The position numbers were made by a program, and so were the translations under genes. From an uncultured delta proteobacterium (GTDB lineage Bacteria; Desulfobacterota; Binatia; HRBIN30; BPIQ01), in contig CAVXGR010000005.1 of the NCBI GenBank assembly GCA_963761335.1, positions 32,001 to 96,000 on the forward strand: a stretch of DNA of 64,000 nucleotides, in the 5' to 3' direction. Positions 58,637 through 64,000 of the stretch are shown piece after piece. The notes under the pieces were generated by a model, which made no database searches, had not been told where the DNA came from, and saw nothing but the letters and a program-made list of their open reading frames with translations. Position 1 is the first letter of the stretch. Every line of letters starts with the position of its first letter.

Positions 58637-59002
58637 ATGGAGCTGACAGAACTGACGCCTGAGGAGCGTGTCGCCCTCGTGGGTTTGCTGGAGGTCATCG
58701 TCGGTGCCGATCGCAACCCGTCCGATGAGGAAGCCGAGCAGCTGGACAGGATCATCGCCGCGATGGGCGAGGATGCCTACCGCCGCGCCGCGGAGGACGT
58801 CGATCGCCGCTTTCACGACGAGAAGGAGCTGCGCGTGCTTCTGCAGACGATCGAGCGCCCCGAAGCCCGTGAGCTGATCTACGAGACAGCGGTGGAAGCC
58901 GCGCTCCCCGACTCCATCGAGTCGCACGTATCGGAGCTGCTCGGCTGGCTTGCCCAGGCTTGGGGGCTGACGACGCGCTTTCAGGGACCCGAGGACGCCT
59001 GA
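58637..59002 (+). CDS. Hypothetical protein, possibly TerB-like
   Basis: ADRNPSDEEAEQL and DSIESHVSELL.WLAQAWGL acidic helical pattern. Confidence 0.55.
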   Translation: MELTELTPEERVALVGLLEVIVGADRNPSDEEAEQLDRIIAAMGEDAYRRAAEDVDRRFHDEKELRVLLQTIERPEARELIYETAVEAALPDSIESHVSELLGWLAQAWGLTTRFQGPEDA

Positions 59003-59020
59003 GCCGCGGGGACGCACCCG

Positions 59021-60169
59021 ATGGACCTGGTCGTCGATGCCGATGGACACGTGCTCGAGCCGGGGGATGTCTGGGAGCGATACCTCGAGCGCGCCGAGCG
59101 CCGGCGCGCCATTCGCGTCCGCCGCGGCAGCGACGGCCGCGATTTTCTCGAGATCGACGGCCGCCCCGCAAGGCTGACCACGCCGGAGATGCTCGGCGGC
59201 TTCGGCGGCATGGGGAAGCCGCTCGAGGAGCTCGCCGTGGCGACGCTGTCGGGGCGCTACGCCGAGAACGCGCCTGCCGCCGCCACCGATCCGGCGGCGC
59301 GCCTGCAGCGGCTCGACGACGACGGCCTCAGCCACGCTCTGCTCTACCCCAGCCTCGGCCTGCAGTGGGAAGCCGAGGTGCGCGATCCCGCCTACGCCCT
59401 GGCACACTGTCGGGCGTACAACCGCTGGATCGAGGAGTTCTGCGCCGACAGCGGCGGCCGGCTCGTGCCGATCGCGCACCTGTCGCTCGGTGACGCCGCC
59501 GCCGCTGCCGGAGAGCTGCGCCGCGCCGTGCGCGCCGGCGCCCGCGGCGCCTTCGTGCTGCCGTTCACTTTGGACGGCCTGCCGCACGGCCATCCGGCAC
59601 ACGACCCGCTCTGGGCGGCAGCGCAAGATCTCGATGTGCCCATCGCCATCCACACCGGCGTCGATCCGAAGGCGCGCGACATGTACCGGCGCTTCGATGA
59701 GCTCCAGTGGCCGGAGAACCTCGTCAGCGGCATCTTCTACCTGCAGATGATGTTTCCGCAGGCGGTGCAGCAGGCGTTCACCACCTTCTTCCTGTTCGGC
59801 ACCTTCGACCGCTTTCCGCGGCTGCGGCTGGTGGTGCTGGAGTCGGGGGCCGGCTGGCTCGGCTACTGGATGGATCGCATGGACGCGCTCTACAAGGGGC
59901 CGCTGCGCGTCACCATGGAGCTTCGCGAGCTGCCGAGCACCTACGTGCGCCGCCAGTGCTGGATCTCCGCGGATCCCGACGAGGGCACGCTGCCGTTGAT
60001 GATGGACTACGTCGGCGCCGACCGTTTCGTCTGGGGCAGCGACTTCCCCCACAGCGACCACGACGCCGACTACATGGACGAGCTGCGTGCCGTCAGCGCG
60101 CGCCTCGAGCCCGCTGCCGCGACTGCCCTGCTGGGCGCGACCGCGGCACAGCTGTACGGGCTGGGGTAG
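59021..60169 (+). CDS. Amidohydrolase family 2 protein
   Basis: DADGHV, AYNRW, LESGAGW, WGSDFPH. Confidence 0.9.
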   Translation: MDLVVDADGHVLEPGDVWERYLERAERRRAIRVRRGSDGRDFLEIDGRPARLTTPEMLGGFGGMGKPLEELAVATLSGRYAENAPAAATDPAARLQRLDDDGLSHALLYPSLGLQWEAEVRDPAYALAHCRAYNRWIEEFCADSGGRLVPIAHLSLGDAAAAAGELRRAVRAGARGAFVLPFTLDGLPHGHPAHDPLWAAAQDLDVPIAIHTGVDPKARDMYRRFDELQWPENLVSGIFYLQMMFPQAVQQAFTTFFLFGTFDRFPRLRLVVLESGAGWLGYWMDRMDALYKGPLRVTMELRELPSTYVRRQCWISADPDEGTLPLMMDYVGADRFVWGSDFPHSDHDADYMDELRAVSARLEPAAATALLGATAAQLYGLG

Positions 60170-60174
60170 ATACG

Positions 60175-61764
60175 ATGGGTCAGGCATTGGCGCTCGTCGC
60201 GGCGAGCGCCTTCGCCTTGGCTCTCTACGCCCGCGTCGAATGGCCCTGGCTGATTTTCGGCTGGGTCGGTCTGGTGCCCTGGCTGGCGGCGCTCGACCGC
60301 AGTCGATCGTTGCGCAGTGCGCTCGCTTGCGGGCTGCTGATGAGCGCCGCCTTCTGCGTTGCCGTGTTCGGCTGGTTGGTTACCGCCGTGCAGAGCTACA
60401 CCGGCGTCTCCACCGCGACTGCCGTCCTCCTGCTCCTCGTTCTTTCGCCGTTCCTCCAGCCGCAGTTCCCCGCCTTTGCCATGGTCCGCACCCTGGGGCG
60501 CCGGCGCGGCGCTGCCCGCTGGCAAGCGGCGCTGCTCGGCGCCTTTGCCTATACCGGCGCGGAGTGGGTCTGCCCGAAGCTGTTCGCCGACACCATCGGC
60601 CACGGCCTCTATGCCTCGAGGCTGATGCGGCAGGCTGCTGACCTCGCCGGTGCCGGCGGCCTCACGTTCGTCCTCGTGCTCGCCAACGAAGGCGCGCTGG
60701 CGGCGCTGCGCGCCGTCCGCCGGCCCGCCCGCTTCGGCGAACGGATGCGCGCCGCGGCGGCGCCCTCTGCCTGCATCGCCGCTCTGGTTCTCGGTCTCGA
60801 CGCCTACGGGATCGTCCGCATCGCTCAGCTGCGTCCCGATCCCGCCGGTAGCGCGGCGCTCACCGCAGGCATCGTGCAGGCGGACATCAGTCACTACGAC
60901 CGCCTCGCCGCCGAGATCGGAACCTATGAAGCGGTTCGCCGCATTCTCGACTCTCACTTCGAGCTCTCCGGCGACATCGCCCACCAGTCCGCGCTCGATC
61001 TCCTCATCTGGCCGGAGACGGTCTACCCCACCACTTTCGGCTCGCCCAAGAGCGAGGACGGCGCTGCCTTCGACCGCGAGATCGACGCCTTCGTCGAGCG
61101 TACCCGGGTGCCGCTGCTCTTCGGCGCTTACGACGCGGACGGCGGCGCCGAGTTCAACGCCGCCTTTCTCCTCGAGCCTTCTGCCGATGGTTCGCCAGGC
61201 GTTGCGGCCTACCGCAAGGCGCGGCCCTTTCCGCTGACCGAGGTGGTGCCCACTCTGCTCGACGGCGAGCGCATCCGCCGCTGGCTGCCGTGGCTCGGCA
61301 CCTGGAAGGCCGGGCGCGGCCCGCGGGTGCTGTCGCTGCAGCTGCCTCGGGGCGGCCGCGTGAGCATCGCACCGCTCATCTGCTACGACGCCATCGACCC
61401 GAGCCTCGCCATTGCCGCGGTTCGCCAGGGCGCGGAGCTGTTGGTGACGCTCTCCAACGACTCGTGGTTCGCCGCCGGCGATGGACCGCGCCTCCACCTG
61501 GTGGTCTCCGCTTTCCGCAGCCTGGAGACGCGCCGGCCGCAGCTGCGCGCCACCAACACCGGCATCTCTGCGATCATCACCCCCACCGGCGAGATGCTCG
61601 GCACCCTCGGCGTCGACCGGCGCGGCACGCTCCTCGCCCGCGTGACGCCGGTGCGCCATGCCTCCACTCTGATGCTCGCCTGGGGCGACTGGTTCGGCCC
61701 GGCAAGCCTGGCGGCGGCGGTGCTTCTGCTGCTCTTGCCTGGACGGCGCAGAACAATCGTCTGA
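60175..61764 (+). CDS. lnt: Apolipoprotein N-acyltransferase
   Basis: WPET, ICYDA, SNDSWF, RATNTGIS. Confidence 0.9.
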   Translation: MGQALALVAASAFALALYARVEWPWLIFGWVGLVPWLAALDRSRSLRSALACGLLMSAAFCVAVFGWLVTAVQSYTGVSTATAVLLLLVLSPFLQPQFPAFAMVRTLGRRRGAARWQAALLGAFAYTGAEWVCPKLFADTIGHGLYASRLMRQAADLAGAGGLTFVLVLANEGALAALRAVRRPARFGERMRAAAAPSACIAALVLGLDAYGIVRIAQLRPDPAGSAALTAGIVQADISHYDRLAAEIGTYEAVRRILDSHFELSGDIAHQSALDLLIWPETVYPTTFGSPKSEDGAAFDREIDAFVERTRVPLLFGAYDADGGAEFNAAFLLEPSADGSPGVAAYRKARPFPLTEVVPTLLDGERIRRWLPWLGTWKAGRGPRVLSLQLPRGGRVSIAPLICYDAIDPSLAIAAVRQGAELLVTLSNDSWFAAGDGPRLHLVVSAFRSLETRRPQLRATNTGISAIITPTGEMLGTLGVDRRGTLLARVTPVRHASTLMLAWGDWFGPASLAAAVLLLLLPGRRRTIV

Positions 61765-61788
61765 CGGCACCCTCCGTATTCATATTCG

Positions 61789-61918
61789 TTCTCATCCCCG
61801 GTTCTCATCCCGTCGTTTTCCATTCGCTCTGGCGGCCGCGGGTGCCGAAGCGACCGGCCAGCTCATTTGCGGTGCTCAGAACAACGGAAGACGACGGGAT
61901 GAGAACCGGGGATGAGAA
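61789..61918. repeat. Long palindromic intergenic element (family of 3)
   Basis: Same arms as 58003-58152. Confidence 0.85.
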
Positions 61919-62015
61919 TGGAAATGGCCCTGACCCATCCCCCCAATTCCGCGCTTGGCCTGACCCGCGCTTCGGTGTATGCAGCCGGCCTTGCTTGCGA
62001 GAGGACCGGCGGGCG

Positions 62016-62807
62016 ATGACGGTGCTGCTCAATGTCTTACGGGTGATTGCGGCCAGTGCCTGGACGGCGATCGTCGGCACGCCGCTCGTGGTGGCCGTCT
62101 ATACGCGCTACTGGTACGGCCTCCTGTGCGCCCGCCTGGGGCGCCACGACCTCCTCGACCGCGTCCTCGAAGGCAACGCGCATCTGGCGGGATGGGTGGC
62201 GCAACGCCTGTGGGCCTCGGTGCTGTTGGCCATCGTCGGCGTCCGCTTGCGCGTCCGCGAGCTGGCTCCCGTCGACTGGAGCCGACCGCACGTCGTCTGC
62301 GCCAACCACGCCAGCCTGTTCGACATCCTGGCGCTGATCCGCGTCGTGCCGCCGCCCTTCCGCTTCGTCGCCAAGCGCGAGCTCCTCAAGTGGCCGTTCG
62401 TCGGCTGGGCACTCCGCCCGTCCGGCCAGATCGTCGTCGATCGCGCCAACCACGCCAGCGCCGTGCGCAACATCACCGAGGCGGCGGTGCGCAAGATCCG
62501 CGGCCAGGTGATCTTCTTCGTCGAGGGAACGCGCACGCGGACCGGGCATCTGCTGCCGTTCAAGAAAGGCGCCTTCTACTTCGCCATCGATCGCCAGCTT
62601 CCGATTCTGCCCGCGGCAATCCGCGGCAGCTACTCGGTCCTGGCCAAGCTGCCGTGGTGGCGGCTGCGGCCCGGCCGGGAGATCGACATTCTCTTCGGGC
62701 GCGCCATCGCCCCGCCGCGCCTTCGCAACGGCGACACCTCGACCGCCGTCGAGGGACTCCTGCAAGCGACCCGTACCGAGATCGCCGCCGGCCTGTCGGC
62801 GGAGTAG
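62016..62807 (+). CDS. 1-acyl-sn-glycerol-3-phosphate acyltransferase
   Basis: NHASLFD, FVAKREL, EGTR, PFKKGAF. Confidence 0.9.
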   Translation: MTVLLNVLRVIAASAWTAIVGTPLVVAVYTRYWYGLLCARLGRHDLLDRVLEGNAHLAGWVAQRLWASVLLAIVGVRLRVRELAPVDWSRPHVVCANHASLFDILALIRVVPPPFRFVAKRELLKWPFVGWALRPSGQIVVDRANHASAVRNITEAAVRKIRGQVIFFVEGTRTRTGHLLPFKKGAFYFAIDRQLPILPAAIRGSYSVLAKLPWWRLRPGREIDILFGRAIAPPRLRNGDTSTAVEGLLQATRTEIAAGLSAE

Positions 62808-62885
62808 CCGTTGCCACGATCGTCGAGGTGCCCTTGCGGGGGTGCCTGCGGCCGACTACTTCCGCCGTCGAGGAGGAGAGGCGCG

Positions 62886-63536
62886 ATGAAGCTCTATCGA
62901 ATGGACTACAGCTGCTACGCCCGCAAGACGCAGATGGTGCTCGACCTGCTCGGCTGCCGCTACCAAGCTGTCGACATCACTTACGGCGATCGCTCGGAGC
63001 TGGCGTCGCTGACCGCCGATTACGTGCAGGTTCCGGTTCTCGTCGGCGACGACGGCGAGGTGACCGTCGACTCGCGCGCCATCTGCGCGAAGCTCTTGCA
63101 GGGCGAGGCGGCGACGGTGCTGGTGCCCAGCCCCTGGGAGGGACCGATCTGGGCCTACGCCGACTGGTGTGACGGGCCGCTCGAGGACGTGATGTTCCGC
63201 CTGGCGGCGCCGCTGCAGGTTCCCCGCTTGAAGAGCGCCTGGGAGCGCGCCCTCTACGTGTTCGTCAAGGAGCGCAAGTTCGGCCGCGGCTGTGTCGCCG
63301 AGTGGGGGCGAGAGCGTGACCAGCTGCAGGCCCGCGCTGTGGAGCTGCTGCGGCCGACCGCCGCGACGCTGCGCCGGCAGCCATTTCTCTTCGGCGCCGT
63401 GCCGACGCTCGCCGACGCGGCTCTCTACGGTCAGATGGTCATGCTCGAGGTGGTCGACGGCTCGTTTCCCGGCGCTCTCGACAGCGTCTTTCCGCCCTGG
63501 ATGCGCCGCTTGGAGGAGGCGGCGAGTCGCAGATAG
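62886..63536 (+). CDS. Glutathione S-transferase family protein
   Basis: SCYARK, QVPVL, DSRAI, PTLADAALYG. Confidence 0.85.
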   Translation: MKLYRMDYSCYARKTQMVLDLLGCRYQAVDITYGDRSELASLTADYVQVPVLVGDDGEVTVDSRAICAKLLQGEAATVLVPSPWEGPIWAYADWCDGPLEDVMFRLAAPLQVPRLKSAWERALYVFVKERKFGRGCVAEWGRERDQLQARAVELLRPTAATLRRQPFLFGAVPTLADAALYGQMVMLEVVDGSFPGALDSVFPPWMRRLEEAASRR

Positions 63537-63597
63537 AAGCCCGGTCTCATTCCCTCTGGCCGTGGCCAGCTCTGGGCTAGCCCGCTCATTCTCCATC

Positions 63598-63723
63598 CTC
63601 ATCCCCGGTTTTCGTCCCGTCGTTTTCCATTCGCTCTGATAGCCAGGAGCAATCCGCAGACGAGCGGTTTTGTCGGGCCGTTGCAGAACAATGGAAAACG
63701 ACGGGACGAGAACCGGGAATGAG
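63598..63723. repeat. Long palindromic intergenic element (family of 3)
   Basis: Same arms as 58003-58152; lies between convergent genes. Confidence 0.85.
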
Positions 63724-63748
63724 AACCGGAAACGTTGCTTGATGGCTG

Positions 63749-64000
<252 letters not shown>

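Noticed and set aside
58003..63723. Possible CRISPR array from the recurring repeats
   Set aside because: The repeats are dispersed palindromes separated by whole genes, with no regular repeat-spacer period and no cas genes.

Overview
High-GC bacterial chromosomal window. The gene content (TSP3/DUF4215 surface protein, STAND-type cyclase and kinase, many lipid/acyl-CoA oxidoreductases, dense REP/MITE repeats) resembles Candidatus Binatota or Myxococcota; this is inference only. The flanks (1-17 kb and 38.6-64 kb) hold mostly intact metabolic genes: a lipid-catabolic operon, catalase, an adenylate cyclase, a radical SAM/GT2/AsnB cluster, amidase, octaheme cytochrome c, MFS transporters, a K+/H+ antiporter, tatA, lnt and the 3' end of pgi. 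The centre (about 17-38 kb) looks accessory. It carries (i) a Ser/Thr kinase-STAND protein; (ii) an apparently sigma54-driven minus-strand operon of about 9 genes (polyprenyl diphosphate synthase, tandem beta-sandwich protein, two helical unknowns, AttH/cyclase-like protein, SCP2-like protein, FAD oxidoreductase with an OmpA-like insert), with a divergent GAF-bEBP that has GAHSTA in place of GAFTGA; (iii) a lipoprotein + S1 protease + Tat-exported S8 protease cassette; and (iv) a large TSP3-repeat surface protein. The 22.3-29.7 kb segment has many single-base frameshifts, which may be assembly errors or decay. At least four families of intergenic palindromic repeats/MITEs are present. No rRNA, tRNA, CRISPR array or transposase gene was recognised.
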